Positions 30,521 to 41,167 of a stretch of 64,000 bases of DNA are shown here, one piece after another; the stretch's first letter is position 1; every line of letters starts with the position of its first letter. Source of the stretch: an uncultured Pelagibacteraceae bacterium (lineage in GTDB: Bacteria; Pseudomonadota; Alphaproteobacteria; Pelagibacterales; Pelagibacteraceae). The translations under genes and the position numbers were made by a program. The stretch covers positions 6,975 through 70,974 of the forward strand of contig CACKBU010000006.1 of the NCBI GenBank assembly GCA_902598485.1, read 5' to 3'. The notes below the pieces were generated by a model. It had not been told where the DNA came from. It did no database searches and saw only the letters and a program-made list of their open reading frames with translations.

Positions 30521-30724
30521 ATGGTTACTGAATATATATTTACAGCATTTCTTATAATTTTAGGATTAGCTGTAATGAGATTGGGCAGTATTCATTTTAA
30601 AAAATTTAAAGAGGGTAAAACCAAAATTAAATCAAAGTTAAGTGGACAATTATCTTTTTTAATTTTATTTTTAATAATAATTTTATTGATAGTTTATTCG
30701 GTGAATGATCTATTATTTAAGTAA
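30521..30724 (+). CDS. Small two-TM membrane protein
   Basis: Two hydrophobic stretches; abuts the upstream stop codon. Confidence 0.55.
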   Translation: MVTEYIFTAFLIILGLAVMRLGSIHFKKFKEGKTKIKSKLSGQLSFLILFLIIILLIVYSVNDLLFK

Positions 30725-30736
30725 ATGAATTATTCT

Positions 30737-31027
30737 TTAAATTCCTTTAATAATTATATTTGTACCTTCGGAATTATCTAATCTTATTTGTTTTATTGGT
30801 TTGTATTCTTCAGAATTATACCATTCTAATGCTTTTTCATATGTAGGGAATCTAAGAATAATAATTCTAGGAAATTTTGTTTCACCGTCAAAAATTTGAA
30901 ACTCACCAGCTCTTACTAAAAATTCTCCACCATGTTTTTTTACAAGTGGCGTAACCTTTTCAACGTAAACTTTGTAATTTTCAGGATTAGTTACTTTTAA
31001 TTGAGCAATTACGTAGCCTGCTGGCAT
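30737..31027 (-). CDS. DUF1330 family protein
   Basis: Y..Y......V..HGGEFLVR.G, FP..E.A..WYNSEEY......R. Confidence 0.88.
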   Translation of the reverse strand: MPAGYVIAQLKVTNPENYKVYVEKVTPLVKKHGGEFLVRAGEFQIFDGETKFPRIIILRFPTYEKALEWYNSEEYKPIKQIRLDNSEGTNIIIKGI

Positions 31028-31036
31028 TTATCTCCT

Positions 31037-31549
31037 TTAAAAAATTGATTTCGAATATTTTTTCCAATTATCTTGATAATGTTTTGTATTTTCAAACACT
31101 GCTTTTTTTTCTTCATCTGAAACTTCTCTAATAACTTTACCTGGAGAGCCTACAACCAGAGAATTGTCAGGTATAACTTTATTTTCTGTAATTAAGGCTT
31201 TGGCCCCTATTATACAATTTTTTCCAATGTTAGCTTTATTTAAGATGACAGCTCCAATTCCAATTAAACTATTATCTCCAATGGTACATCCATGAAGCAT
31301 AACTAAATGACCAACAGTAACATTTTTTCCTACTTTTAAAGGACATCCAGGATCTGTGTGTAATACGCTTCCATCTTGTACATTAGATCCTTCACCAATA
31401 TGAATATTTTCAATATCTCCTCTAAGCACTGCATTAAACCAAATACTCGTATTTTTTTCTAAAGTAACATCTCCTATTATTGTAGCATTCGGAGCTACCC
31501 AATTTTCGCCAGAGTTTTTTGGTTTTTTATCTTTTAAATCATAAAACAT
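31037..31549 (-). CDS. Gamma-carbonic-anhydrase family protein (YrdA/PaaY-like)
   Basis: IIGDV, VLRGD, SNVQDGSVLH, VGH.VMLHGC. Confidence 0.9.
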   Translation of the reverse strand: MFYDLKDKKPKNSGENWVAPNATIIGDVTLEKNTSIWFNAVLRGDIENIHIGEGSNVQDGSVLHTDPGCPLKVGKNVTVGHLVMLHGCTIGDNSLIGIGAVILNKANIGKNCIIGAKALITENKVIPDNSLVVGSPGKVIREVSDEEKKAVFENTKHYQDNWKKYSKSIF

Positions 31550-31568
31550 AATCTATATATTTTACATT

Positions 31569-32123
31569 ATGCCTATACAAACTCCAATATGTGATTTTGG
31601 TCAAAAAGCTATTCCATTTGAATTAAAATCTACTGATAATAAAATTCTGTCTTTAAATGATATCAAAGGTGAAAATGGAACTTTGATAATGTTCATTTGT
31701 AATCATTGTCCATATGTAAAAGCGATTACTAAAGAATTAGTTGAAGACTGTGGTGAATTGAACAAAATTGCTATCAACTCAGTTGCTATCTGTTCAAATG
31801 ACTTTATTAATTATCCAGAAGACTCGTTTGATAACATGATTAAGTTTTCAAATGAAAATCATTTCAATTTTCCATACTTGCATGATGAAACTCAAGAAGT
31901 TGCTAAAGCATATGATGCTGTATGTACTCCAGATTTTTTTGGTTATAATAAAAATCTAGAACTTCAATACAGGGGACGATTAAGAGAACTTAAAAAATTT
32001 ATTCCAGTTAAAGAAGGCGAAAGTGATCTGCTAACAGCCATGAAGCAAATAGCTGAAACCGGAAAAGGTCCTAAAAATCAAATACCTAGTGCGGGCTGTA
32101 GTATTAAATGGAAGTATAATTAA
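31569..32123 (+). CDS. Thioredoxin-like (AhpC/TSA) family protein
   Basis: FICNHCPYV, YPEDS, FPYL.DETQEVAKAY.A.CTPDFF, PS.GCSIKWK. Confidence 0.88.
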   Translation: MPIQTPICDFGQKAIPFELKSTDNKILSLNDIKGENGTLIMFICNHCPYVKAITKELVEDCGELNKIAINSVAICSNDFINYPEDSFDNMIKFSNENHFNFPYLHDETQEVAKAYDAVCTPDFFGYNKNLELQYRGRLRELKKFIPVKEGESDLLTAMKQIAETGKGPKNQIPSAGCSIKWKYN

Positions 32124-33205
32124 TGTATATAATTGTAACTAGATCATTTCCACCTGAACTTGGAGGTATGCAAAATTTAATGTGGGGTCTTTCAAAAGAA
32201 CTGTCTAAAAACTTCATGATAAAAGTTTTTGCAGATCATATAGAAGGTCACAAAAATTTTGATGAACAAGCATCATTTTCAATCGAAAGAGTTGGAGGAA
32301 TTAAATTACTTAGAAAATATAGAAAGGCACAATTAATTAATGAATATATCAAAGAAAATAAAATAGATGGTGTTATTGCTGATCATTGGAAAAGTTTAGA
32401 ACTTATTAAAACTTCAAAGAAAAAATACTGTTTAATTCATAGTAAAGAAATCAACCATCCTAAAGGTTCTGGTCAAAATAAAAGAGTGGTTAGTGTTTTA
32501 AATAATGTTGAAAAAGTTATAGCAAATTCTCAGTTTACAAAAAATCTAGCAATAGAACTTGGTATTAGTGCAAATAAAGTAATTGTAATAAATCCAGGTG
32601 TAGATCCTGCTGAAGAATTAAATAAAAAAACTTTAGATAAAGTTGAAAGTATACTTAAAATTAAAAATCCAAGACTAATTACAGTTTCAAGATTTGATAA
32701 ACGTAAAAATCATGAAAAAGTAGTAATGGCTTTAAGAAATTTAAAACAAATTTATCCTGATATTGTTTACATTTGTATTGGATATGGAGAAGAAGAAGAA
32801 AATATTAAAAAACTGGTAAAAGAACTAGATCTTGAAGCACAAGTTATGTTTTTTAAAGACATTAGTAGTGATTTAAAAAATGCATTAGTTTCAAAATCAA
32901 ATATCTTTGTAATGCCATCCATAATCCATAAAAAATCAGTTGAAGGTTTTGGTATTGTGTATGTTGAAGCTGCACAATACGGTATTCCATCAATTGGTGG
33001 TAAAGATGGCGGTGCAGCAGATGCAATTATTCATGAAAAGACTGGTCTGATATGTGATGGAAATAATCTTGATGACATTTATTCTTCTATAAATTCAATA
33101 TTGGAAAATAAAAAATATTTAGAGTTTGGGAAAAATGCGAAAGAATTTGTGAATAAATTTCAATGGTCAAAAATAATTGAAGAATACAAAAAGATACTAA
33201 ATTGA
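32123..33205 (+). CDS. Glycosyltransferase family 4
   Basis: FPP..GG, TVSR...RK, EGFGIVY.EA, GG..DAI. Confidence 0.9.
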   Translation: MYIIVTRSFPPELGGMQNLMWGLSKELSKNFMIKVFADHIEGHKNFDEQASFSIERVGGIKLLRKYRKAQLINEYIKENKIDGVIADHWKSLELIKTSKKKYCLIHSKEINHPKGSGQNKRVVSVLNNVEKVIANSQFTKNLAIELGISANKVIVINPGVDPAEELNKKTLDKVESILKIKNPRLITVSRFDKRKNHEKVVMALRNLKQIYPDIVYICIGYGEEEENIKKLVKELDLEAQVMFFKDISSDLKNALVSKSNIFVMPSIIHKKSVEGFGIVYVEAAQYGIPSIGGKDGGAADAIIHEKTGLICDGNNLDDIYSSINSILENKKYLEFGKNAKEFVNKFQWSKIIEEYKKILN

Positions 33206-34092
33206 TTTCAAAAAATAAATTAGCAATTTTTTTAATTATAATCTCAGTTTTTTGCGGAACATTGATGTTAACTTTTTTAAAATTAGCTCAAGAAGATGTT
33301 AATGTTTATGTTGCGGGTTTTTTTAGATTTTTATTTGGTTTCTTAATTATTTTTCCCTATATTCTAAAATCTAATTTTACAGTGTTTAAAACAAATCATC
33401 ATAAAAAACATTTTTTAAGAGCGGTTTTAAACTTGCCTTCAATGTTATTATATTTCTCAGCCTTAGTAATGATGCCAATTGAAAAAGCTACAGCTATATC
33501 TTTTGTGGTTCCTTTTATAGTAACAATATTGGCAGTTTTATTTCTAGGAGAAAAAATTTACATATACAGGAGTTTTGCACTGGTTTTAGGATTTATAGGG
33601 ATGTTAATAATTTTAAGACCCGGAATAATTGAAATCTCTCTTGGAGTTTATATGGCACTAGCATCGTCTTTTATGTGGTCAATAGTGATTATAATTACAA
33701 AAACTATCGCAAAAGATGATAGTTCGATTACGATTTTATCTTATGGATACACGTATATGACAATTTTTAGTTTCATTATTGCGTTGTTTTATTGGCAAAC
33801 ACCTAGTTTTCAAACTTTGATTTATTTATTTTTTGCAGGTTTATTTGGTACATTGCTACATCTTTGCATTAATCACGCATACAAATTAGTAGATGTTAGT
33901 ATGACACAACCATACTCGTTTTTAAGTTTAGTTTTTGCTTCTTTAATTGGATATTATGTTTTTAGTGAAACACCAGATCTCTTCACTTGGATTGGTGCTA
34001 GTGTTATATTTTTAGGTGTTTTAATTATGTCATATCGTGAAATGAAGCTTGATAAAGAAATCATTAGAAAACGTATAGATATTAAATCTTAA
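33202..34092 (+). CDS. DMT/EamA transporter
   Basis: About 10 TM segments, FFR, LFLGEK, RPG, F.E.PD. Confidence 0.88.
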   Translation: MISKNKLAIFLIIISVFCGTLMLTFLKLAQEDVNVYVAGFFRFLFGFLIIFPYILKSNFTVFKTNHHKKHFLRAVLNLPSMLLYFSALVMMPIEKATAISFVVPFIVTILAVLFLGEKIYIYRSFALVLGFIGMLIILRPGIIEISLGVYMALASSFMWSIVIIITKTIAKDDSSITILSYGYTYMTIFSFIIALFYWQTPSFQTLIYLFFAGLFGTLLHLCINHAYKLVDVSMTQPYSFLSLVFASLIGYYVFSETPDLFTWIGASVIFLGVLIMSYREMKLDKEIIRKRIDIKS

Positions 34093-35588
34093 TTTTTTCT
34101 CTTAAAGGTTTTGTAAATATGCCAAACTACAATTAAAATTGTAGTTGCTAGGATACATGCAGTTAATGTTCTGTCCCACAAAAATTCCCATGAACCATTA
34201 CTTAATAACAAAGACCTTCTAAGATTTTCCTCCATCAATCCACCTAAAACAAAAGCTAATATTAAAGGTGGCATTGGAAAATCATATAATCTTAAAAAGG
34301 TAGCTACTACAGCTATTCCAATCATTAAATAAATATCAAAATTATTAAACGACATTACGTAAATCCCAGTAACAGAGAAAAATAAAATTAGAGGAATTAA
34401 ATAATTTTTAGGAACAGTAAGAATTCTAGCTATATAGGGAATGAGTGGTAAGTTTAATATAAGAAGAATTACCATCCCAATATACATAGACATAATTATT
34501 GACCAAAAAATCTCTGGATTAGTCATGTAAAGTCTAGGACCAGGCTGAACACCAAATCCTAAAAGTGCACCTAGCATTACCGCAGTTGTTCCACTTCCAG
34601 GAATTCCCAAAGTAAGCATTGGCACAAAAGAACCTGAGCAAGCTGCATTATTTGCAGTTTCTGGTGCAGATAAACCATTTACACTTCCTTTACCAAATTT
34701 TTCTTTTTCTTCGTCACTAACTACGTTTCTTTCCATTCCATAAGCTAAAAATGATGCAATTGTTGCACCAGCTCCAGGCAAAACACCAATTAAAAAACCA
34801 ATTAAAGATGATCTTGGAATTGTTTTGTACATTTTGGTTCGTTCTTCTTTATTAATTTTAATTGAGCCTAATTCAGTTAAAGAAACTTGTTTAGCAGCAC
34901 TGGTTGGATCATTTCTTTTTAAAATAATTGTTAAGGCTTCGCTCATTGCAAATGTTGCCATCACAACTAACACAAAGCTAATCCCGTCAGTTAAGTTCAT
35001 ATTGTTAAATGTAAATCTTGTAATATCAGACAAACTATCTTGACCAACTGATGCTAACATCAAGCCAAGTACAACCATCATCATAGCTTTTAAAAATTGT
35101 CCTTTAGATGAAAAAGCAGCAATAGCAGTTAAACCTAAAATCATTAAAGCAAAATAATCTGGCGACCTAAAAGATAAACTTACTTTTGATAAACTTGGTG
35201 CCATAAATAATAAATAAATTGCAGATAATGTTCCACCTGCGAACGAACTCCAAGCTGCAATTGCTAAAGCCTTACCTGCTTTACCTTGTTGTGCCATAGG
35301 ATAACCATCAAATGAAGTTGCAACAGTTCCAGGAACACCAGGTGCATTTAATAATATAGAAGAAGTAGAACCACCAAATACTGCTCCATAATAAACGCCA
35401 GCCATCAAAATTAATCCTGTTGCAGGATCAAAACCATAAGTGATTGGTATCATCAATGCGATAGCTGTCATTGGCCCAAGACCAGGAAGCATTCCAATGA
35501 TTGTTCCAAAAAAACAACCAACTATAACCATTAATATGTTTTGAAAAGTAACTGCTGTTGTTAATCCAATTAAAATTCCTTCAATCAT
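34089..35588 (-). CDS. tctA: Tripartite tricarboxylate transporter permease TctA
   Basis: G.LPGLG, YYGA.FGGS, N.PG, FDGYPMA, PETANNA, LTLGIPG. Confidence 0.95.
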   Translation of the reverse strand: MIEGILIGLTTAVTFQNILMVIVGCFFGTIIGMLPGLGPMTAIALMIPITYGFDPATGLILMAGVYYGAVFGGSTSSILLNAPGVPGTVATSFDGYPMAQQGKAGKALAIAAWSSFAGGTLSAIYLLFMAPSLSKVSLSFRSPDYFALMILGLTAIAAFSSKGQFLKAMMMVVLGLMLASVGQDSLSDITRFTFNNMNLTDGISFVLVVMATFAMSEALTIILKRNDPTSAAKQVSLTELGSIKINKEERTKMYKTIPRSSLIGFLIGVLPGAGATIASFLAYGMERNVVSDEEKEKFGKGSVNGLSAPETANNAACSGSFVPMLTLGIPGSGTTAVMLGALLGFGVQPGPRLYMTNPEIFWSIIMSMYIGMVILLILNLPLIPYIARILTVPKNYLIPLILFFSVTGIYVMSFNNFDIYLMIGIAVVATFLRLYDFPMPPLILAFVLGGLMEENLRRSLLLSNGSWEFLWDRTLTACILATTILIVVWHIYKTFKRKN

Positions 35589-36055
35589 CCCATAACTCCT
35601 ATTGATTGTAAGAATGGATCCCTCAAATATATATCAAGAATACCGTGTAGGAGATACATAAAGGCAGCAACAAATGGAAAGGACAATAAAAACATTAAAA
35701 TCCATCTTCGTTCTCCTAAAAAATAATATGACGCAAATAAAAATAAAGATGTAGTTAAAAAATATCCAACTTTTAAAATTGTAGCTCCATAAATAATTGC
35801 AATCAGTATAAGTGTACCTGTTTTTTTATACTCTAAGCTTTTATGTTCTACTTTAATTGTATTTGGATCTGGTAGAATAAGTTTTAATCCAGAAAAAAAT
35901 AATCCTGCATAACCTAAATAAATTGGAAATGTTCTGGCATTAAACGGTGCATTTTCATCAAATGCAAATACTTGAATCTGGTAAGCAGTATATAAATAAA
36001 ATGCTGAAAAAATAAAAAAGAGCAGTGATATAATTTTTGTAGTATTTATATTCAC
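35585..36055 (-). CDS. tctB: Tripartite tricarboxylate transporter small subunit TctB
   Basis: Four TM segments, FP motif, located between tctC and tctA. Confidence 0.85.
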   Translation of the reverse strand: MNINTTKIISLLFFIFSAFYLYTAYQIQVFAFDENAPFNARTFPIYLGYAGLFFSGLKLILPDPNTIKVEHKSLEYKKTGTLILIAIIYGATILKVGYFLTTSLFLFASYYFLGERRWILMFLLSFPFVAAFMYLLHGILDIYLRDPFLQSIGVMG

Positions 36056-36082
36056 TGCTCTAATTTCAAATAATCCTAAGGA

Positions 36083-37063
36083 TTATATAACTCCTAATTT
36101 TTTCATAAGAGCTGTCATTTCTTGAGTTTGTTTTTCTAAGAAAGAAACAAACTTGCCTTCTGGATTATAAATATTAACCCAAGCATTTCTTGCTCTGACA
36201 GTTTCCCATTCAGGAGTTTTTTGTACATCGCCAAGCATTTTTGCAATAGCTGATCTATCAGCATTGCTCATACCTGGAGGGCCAAAGAAACCTCTCCAGT
36301 TAACGAATTGTACATCATATCCTTGTTCTTTAAGAGTTGGTGCATCTGGTGCATCAGAAACTCTTGAAGGCGCAGTAATACCAATAATTCTTACTTGGTC
36401 TCTTGCACCCATCAATTCACCTAAACCAGTTGATATTATTTGAGTTTCTCCAGATAAAAGTCCAGCTAAAGCTTTTCCACCAGCATCATAAGGAATGTAT
36501 TGAACAGCATTCGGATCTGCACCTGCAGCTTGGAAAGCTAAAGCACCAATTAAATGGTCCATGCTTCCTCTCACTGATCCACCAGCCATTTTAACTGAAT
36601 TTGGATCTTTTTTGTAAGCATCAACTACATCTTTAAAATTTTTGAAAGATGAACTTTTTGCAACTGCGATAGCACCATAGTCACCAATTACACCAGCGAT
36701 TGGCACAACATCTTTGTAAGATAAAGTTCCACTTCCTTTTACATAACCTTTGTGTCTAGTAATTGATCTTAATACTAATGGTGTTGATTGAACTAAAACT
36801 GTATTAGCAGGTTTAGTATTGATCATGTAAGCTAAAGCTTTACCACCACCACCACCTGACATATTTTCAAATGATGCACTACTTAACATACCAGCTTTCG
36901 TTAAAGCTTCTCCAGTACCTCTAGCGGTTCCATCCCAACCACCACCAGCACCACCACCAATTACAAAGTGCAATTTGTCAATTGCTACTGAGCTTGTAGT
37001 TGTTGCTGAGAATAATAGGATTGCTGAGAATAATACTGAAACTATTTTTTTTAAGTTTTTCAT
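36083..37063 (-). CDS. tctC: Tripartite tricarboxylate transporter substrate-binding protein (TctC/Bug)
   Basis: Signal peptide, AGGGWD.TAR, N.SGGGG, PTLKE.G, NWRG.FGPPG. Confidence 0.92.
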   Translation of the reverse strand: MKNLKKIVSVLFSAILLFSATTTSSVAIDKLHFVIGGGAGGGWDGTARGTGEALTKAGMLSSASFENMSGGGGGKALAYMINTKPANTVLVQSTPLVLRSITRHKGYVKGSGTLSYKDVVPIAGVIGDYGAIAVAKSSSFKNFKDVVDAYKKDPNSVKMAGGSVRGSMDHLIGALAFQAAGADPNAVQYIPYDAGGKALAGLLSGETQIISTGLGELMGARDQVRIIGITAPSRVSDAPDAPTLKEQGYDVQFVNWRGFFGPPGMSNADRSAIAKMLGDVQKTPEWETVRARNAWVNIYNPEGKFVSFLEKQTQEMTALMKKLGVI

Positions 37064-37279
37064 TATTTATCCCTCTCTAATTTAAAAATGTAAGTTAATT
37101 ATAGTCTTAATCTTTATTCAACCTCTAATTAAGTAACACAACTTTTAATTGAAAGTGTTTTCTCAAAAAAAATATTAATAAAACTTTAAATTTTATTAAT
37201 TTTTAAAATTAAATTTTCACTTTGTTTACTAATACATTTTTTCTTATCTTTTACATAGTAGATGATAGAAGCTTAATGA

Positions 37280-38356
37280 ATGATTAAACATCAAATCAAA
37301 TCTTATCTTGAAAATGCAAAACAAGTATTTTCAATTAAATTTATTTCAGTTTTAATAATTTCTTTTCCTACCGCGATCATAGCTCAATATTTTAATATTC
37401 CTCTTGCTTGGTTTTTGGGTCCAATGATTATCACATCAATTGCTGCTTTATCAGGTCTAAAAATCATTATGCCAAAAATTGTATTAAGTTTTATCTTGAT
37501 AATTTTAGGTTTGCATATTGGAAATTACATAGACCAAAATCTATTTAATCAAATACTTGATTGGATTTGGACTTCATTAATTATGTTAATCTACATAATA
37601 ATTTGTATTTTAGTTGTAGCTAAATATCTCCAAAAATTTGCAAATTATGGAGAAAAAGCTTCAATATTTTCAGCAGCACCTGGTGCACTGGGTCCTTTAA
37701 TGATTTTAGCAGAAAATGAAAGAACAGATTTATCTCAAGTTGCAACTTCTCACTTAATTAGATTAATCATCATAATAACTGTCATTCCATTTATTATAGT
37801 TAATAATACTGACAACAGTATTTTGTTAAATGATGACTTCAATTATTTCGCTCAAAATCATTTCAATTTAATTTTACTTATTATTGCTTCTTTCTTTTTT
37901 ATATTTGTTTTTGATAAAATTAGAATACCTGCAGCTTTGTTATCTGGAACATTATTTGCGAGTGGTTTGTTACAAATTACAGATATAGCCTCATACAAAT
38001 TACCGGATGAAACGGTGAATTTTTGTTTGCTAATTCTTGGTGCATCTGTGGGCTGTAGGTTTGCAGAAAAAACCGTTAAAGAGATAGCCAATAATTCTCT
38101 TCATAGTATTGTAGCTACTACTATTTTGGTTGTGCTAGGTTTAGTTGCAGCATATGTTGCAACATTCTTTGTTGATATAAATATTTTAACTTTAATATTA
38201 TCATTTAGTCCTGGCGGAATTTATGAGGTGGCAGTAATAGCAATTGCTTTTGATCTAGACCCAGATTTTGTTGCTTTTCACCATATAATAAGATTACTTT
38301 TTATACTTTTCACAGTTCCTGTATTTTTAAGAGTGTTAGAAAAAATTAAGAAATAA
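37280..38356 (+). CDS. Membrane AbrB-like protein (duplicated domain; 'putative ammonia monooxygenase' family)
   Basis: P.AW.LGPM, APG, H..R and second-repeat SPGG..E, HH.IR. Confidence 0.8.
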   Translation: MIKHQIKSYLENAKQVFSIKFISVLIISFPTAIIAQYFNIPLAWFLGPMIITSIAALSGLKIIMPKIVLSFILIILGLHIGNYIDQNLFNQILDWIWTSLIMLIYIIICILVVAKYLQKFANYGEKASIFSAAPGALGPLMILAENERTDLSQVATSHLIRLIIIITVIPFIIVNNTDNSILLNDDFNYFAQNHFNLILLIIASFFFIFVFDKIRIPAALLSGTLFASGLLQITDIASYKLPDETVNFCLLILGASVGCRFAEKTVKEIANNSLHSIVATTILVVLGLVAAYVATFFVDINILTLILSFSPGGIYEVAVIAIAFDLDPDFVAFHHIIRLLFILFTVPVFLRVLEKIKK

Positions 38357-39287
38357 TTTCAGAAAGTCTTTCAAAAACTTTTTCTGCTGAGAGTTTAGAT
38401 AATTCAGGAGCTTGTATTGCTTTAAAATTTTCTCTTTCAATACTTACTTTAAAAGGAGTTGTATGAGATCCAAATAAAGCAATTCCTTTTGAACCTAAAT
38501 GAGCTGTCATGTGTGCTGGTCCAGTATCATTTGCAACAACAAATGAACTATCTTTAATTAATGTTGCTAACTGAGAAATGTCTAAAGCTTTGCCATTATC
38601 TAAAACACAGAGTGCATTAATATTTGATGCTTCTTTAATTTCACTCGGTCCAGGTGCAACAACTACTTTAAATTTGTTATCTGACTTTTGATTAATCATA
38701 GCAATTAACTCATTATAATAAGGCCATTTCTTTGAAGTTAAATGAGGAGAACAAAAAGGAAAAAGGAGAATAAATTTATCTAATTGATGGTAATTTTTTA
38801 TTTGAGATATGTCTGTTGTGCTCCATGAAAAATCAGGTTTCAAAGTATGATTTGTGTTGATGCCTGAACTTTTTAATTGATAATCAAATCTAGATAAAAC
38901 AGATTCTTTATCAAAATCTTGTTTTGTGGTTCCTTCAGGTAATGTTGTGTCAGTAGATGACCAAGTATCTTTTGTTGCTTTTGGAAATAAAATTTTTTTA
39001 TAAAAGGCTGTTCTACTTGAATTCTGTAGATCGTAAACTTTAGAAAAATTATATTTTTTTATTTTTTTCATTAATGAATATAAGTAAATCAAGTTAAGTC
39101 TTGATAGTCGCTTATCTAAAATAACATCAGAAATATGTGGATTTTTTTTAAATAAATCAAAGTATGGTTTGGTTGTGAGCAAATAAATTTGATCTCCTTT
39201 ATGATTCTCAGAAATATCTTGAATTGCACCACAAGCTTGAGCTATATCACCCAAAGATCCATGTTTAATGATTAAAATATTAGACAT
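38346..39287 (-). CDS. Glycosyltransferase family 9 (heptosyltransferase-like)
   Basis: IK.GSLGD, YDLQ.S.R, KKWP, NDTGP.H. Confidence 0.88.
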   Translation of the reverse strand: MSNILIIKHGSLGDIAQACGAIQDISENHKGDQIYLLTTKPYFDLFKKNPHISDVILDKRLSRLNLIYLYSLMKKIKKYNFSKVYDLQNSSRTAFYKKILFPKATKDTWSSTDTTLPEGTTKQDFDKESVLSRFDYQLKSSGINTNHTLKPDFSWSTTDISQIKNYHQLDKFILLFPFCSPHLTSKKWPYYNELIAMINQKSDNKFKVVVAPGPSEIKEASNINALCVLDNGKALDISQLATLIKDSSFVVANDTGPAHMTAHLGSKGIALFGSHTTPFKVSIERENFKAIQAPELSKLSAEKVFERLSEIIS

Positions 39288-39319
39288 ATTTTTAACAATT
39301 TAACATAGTATAAAATTTT

Positions 39320-39709
39320 ATGAATAAAATTATAGTAGAAGTATCGGTAGGTGAGCTTTTAGACAAAATTTCAATCTTAGAAATTAAAAAAGAAAAAATT
39401 AAAGACCCTGAAAAACTAAAATTCATATCGAATGAACATTCGATTCTCAAAGATCAATTAGAAAAAAATGTTAAATCTGATGATAAACTAAATAAATTAT
39501 TCCAAGATTTAAAAGAAATTAATGCCAAGTTGTGGGTTATAGAAGATGATAAAAGAGATTGTGAAAAAAATAAAGATTTTGGTGATAAATTTATAAAATT
39601 ATCCAGAGATGTTCATTTTTTAAATGATGATCGAGCAAAAATTAAATTGGAAATGAATAATCACACTGGATCAAGTATCAAAGAAATTAAAGAATATACT
39701 AGCTACTAA
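39320..39709 (+). CDS. DUF6165-like protein
   Basis: VSVGEL.DKISILEIK, L..IN..LW.IED..R, F..L.R.V...ND.RA.IK, EIK.Y. Confidence 0.75.
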   Translation: MNKIIVEVSVGELLDKISILEIKKEKIKDPEKLKFISNEHSILKDQLEKNVKSDDKLNKLFQDLKEINAKLWVIEDDKRDCEKNKDFGDKFIKLSRDVHFLNDDRAKIKLEMNNHTGSSIKEIKEYTSY

Positions 39710-40487
39710 AAACTTTAGGAAACCAATCATCTCTCATCAAATCCCCTGTTTTTAAATTGATTCCATCAAATGGAGGTGAGGTCGGTCCGCCTCTATCAAT
39801 ATATTTCACATCATCTCCAATAAATCGCATCGAAAATGCTCTTCGTGATTTAGAAGAATTGTTTCCTGTTGAACCATGTACAGTTTTAAAATTAAATAAA
39901 ACAGCATCCCCTAAACTTAGTTCTGGAGTTAAAATATTTTTTTCAAATTCTTTAGAAGGAGGTAAATCCATAAAAGCACTATCATCATCATACCAAGATT
40001 GGTTATTTGACCATTTTGTGGGTCTAATTAACTTTGACCAATTGTGAGAACCTAAAATTAATTTAAGATTATTTTTATGATCAACCTCATCTAATGGAAT
40101 CCAAAAACTTCCAGTATCGTTACCATCAACACAATAATAAGGCATATCTTGGTGCCAAGGTGTTTCTTTGTTAGTACCTGGGTCCTTTAAAAATATGTGT
40201 TCATGAAAAATTTGGGTAAATTTAGAATTAGTTGCTTCTGCAACTATTTGAGCTCCAGCTGAATTATATAAACAATCCTTAAATTCTTCTATCCTCTCCC
40301 AATTACAATAATCCTCAAAAAATCTTCCATTATCATCAGTTATATTTTCTCTTCCGTGCTTACTTGGACTGTCTAAAACTTTTTGAAATCCATTTCTAAG
40401 TGGTTCAATCCAATCTTTAAATACATTTTTAATTATTATTACACCATCGTTTTGATAATCATTAATTTGTTTGTCTGATAAAAACAT
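39699..40487 (-). CDS. PhyH-family Fe(II)/2-oxoglutarate dioxygenase
   Basis: TPWHQD, FWIPLD, GSH, GDA.LF...T.H, RRA.S.R. Confidence 0.88.
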   Translation of the reverse strand: MFLSDKQINDYQNDGVIIIKNVFKDWIEPLRNGFQKVLDSPSKHGRENITDDNGRFFEDYCNWERIEEFKDCLYNSAGAQIVAEATNSKFTQIFHEHIFLKDPGTNKETPWHQDMPYYCVDGNDTGSFWIPLDEVDHKNNLKLILGSHNWSKLIRPTKWSNNQSWYDDDSAFMDLPPSKEFEKNILTPELSLGDAVLFNFKTVHGSTGNNSSKSRRAFSMRFIGDDVKYIDRGGPTSPPFDGINLKTGDLMRDDWFPKVFSS

Positions 40488-40489
40488 TA

Positions 40490-41167
40490 TTATTGTTGAA
40501 AGCTGTACTTTTTCTCTAAATATTTAATCACATTATGAATGATAAAAGTCATGAACAAATAAATTCCACCAGCAACAATGAATACTTCAATTGGTTTAAA
40601 AGTTGTTGAAATTATATATTTAGCAACACCTGTTAAATCCATTAGAGTAACTGTACTTGCAAGTGAAGTGCCTTTCATCATCAATATGATTTCATTTCCA
40701 TATGCTGGAAGTGATTGTCTTATCGCAATTGGAATTTGAATTTTATAAAATATAATTTTATTTGAAATACCTAGACTTTTTCCAGCTTCAATTATTCCTG
40801 GTTTTATAGTTTGAAATGCTGATCTTAAAATTTCTGAGGTATATGCGCCAGTATTTAAAGTAAATGCTATTATTGCACACCAATAAGGTTCTTTTAAGAT
40901 AACCCAAAGGAAAGTTGTTCTTAAATACTCAATCTGTCCTAATCCAAAATAAATTATAAAAATCTGGACCAGTAATGGTGTTCCTCTAAATATATATGAA
41001 TAGCCATAAGCAAATTTATTAATAAATATATTTTTATTTAATCTTAAAATTGCAAAAAGAAGACCTAAGAATAATCCAAAGAATAATGATGCAGATAATA
41101 ATTTTAAAGTAACTACAGTTGCTCCTAAAAGTTTAGGGAAACTAGTAATCATTAAATCAAAATCCAT
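40490..41167 (-). CDS. Polar amino-acid ABC permease (HisM/OccM type)
   Basis: FRGTPLLVQ, LNT.AY..EI.R, NE.I.M.K.TSL. Confidence 0.9.
   Translation of the reverse strand: MDFDLMITSFPKLLGATVVTLKLLSASLFFGLFLGLLFAILRLNKNIFINKFAYGYSYIFRGTPLLVQIFIIYFGLGQIEYLRTTFLWVILKEPYWCAIIAFTLNTGAYTSEILRSAFQTIKPGIIEAGKSLGISNKIIFYKIQIPIAIRQSLPAYGNEIILMMKGTSLASTVTLMDLTGVAKYIISTTFKPIEVFIVAGGIYLFMTFIIHNVIKYLEKKYSFQQ

Noticed and set aside
37064-37279. Inverted repeats in the tctC/abrB spacer
   Set aside because: Almost pure A/T, so matches are expected by chance
37280-38356. Ammonia monooxygenase or DNA-binding AbrB regulator
   Set aside because: The family names are historical; the protein is fully membrane-embedded with no Amo operon or DNA-binding domain
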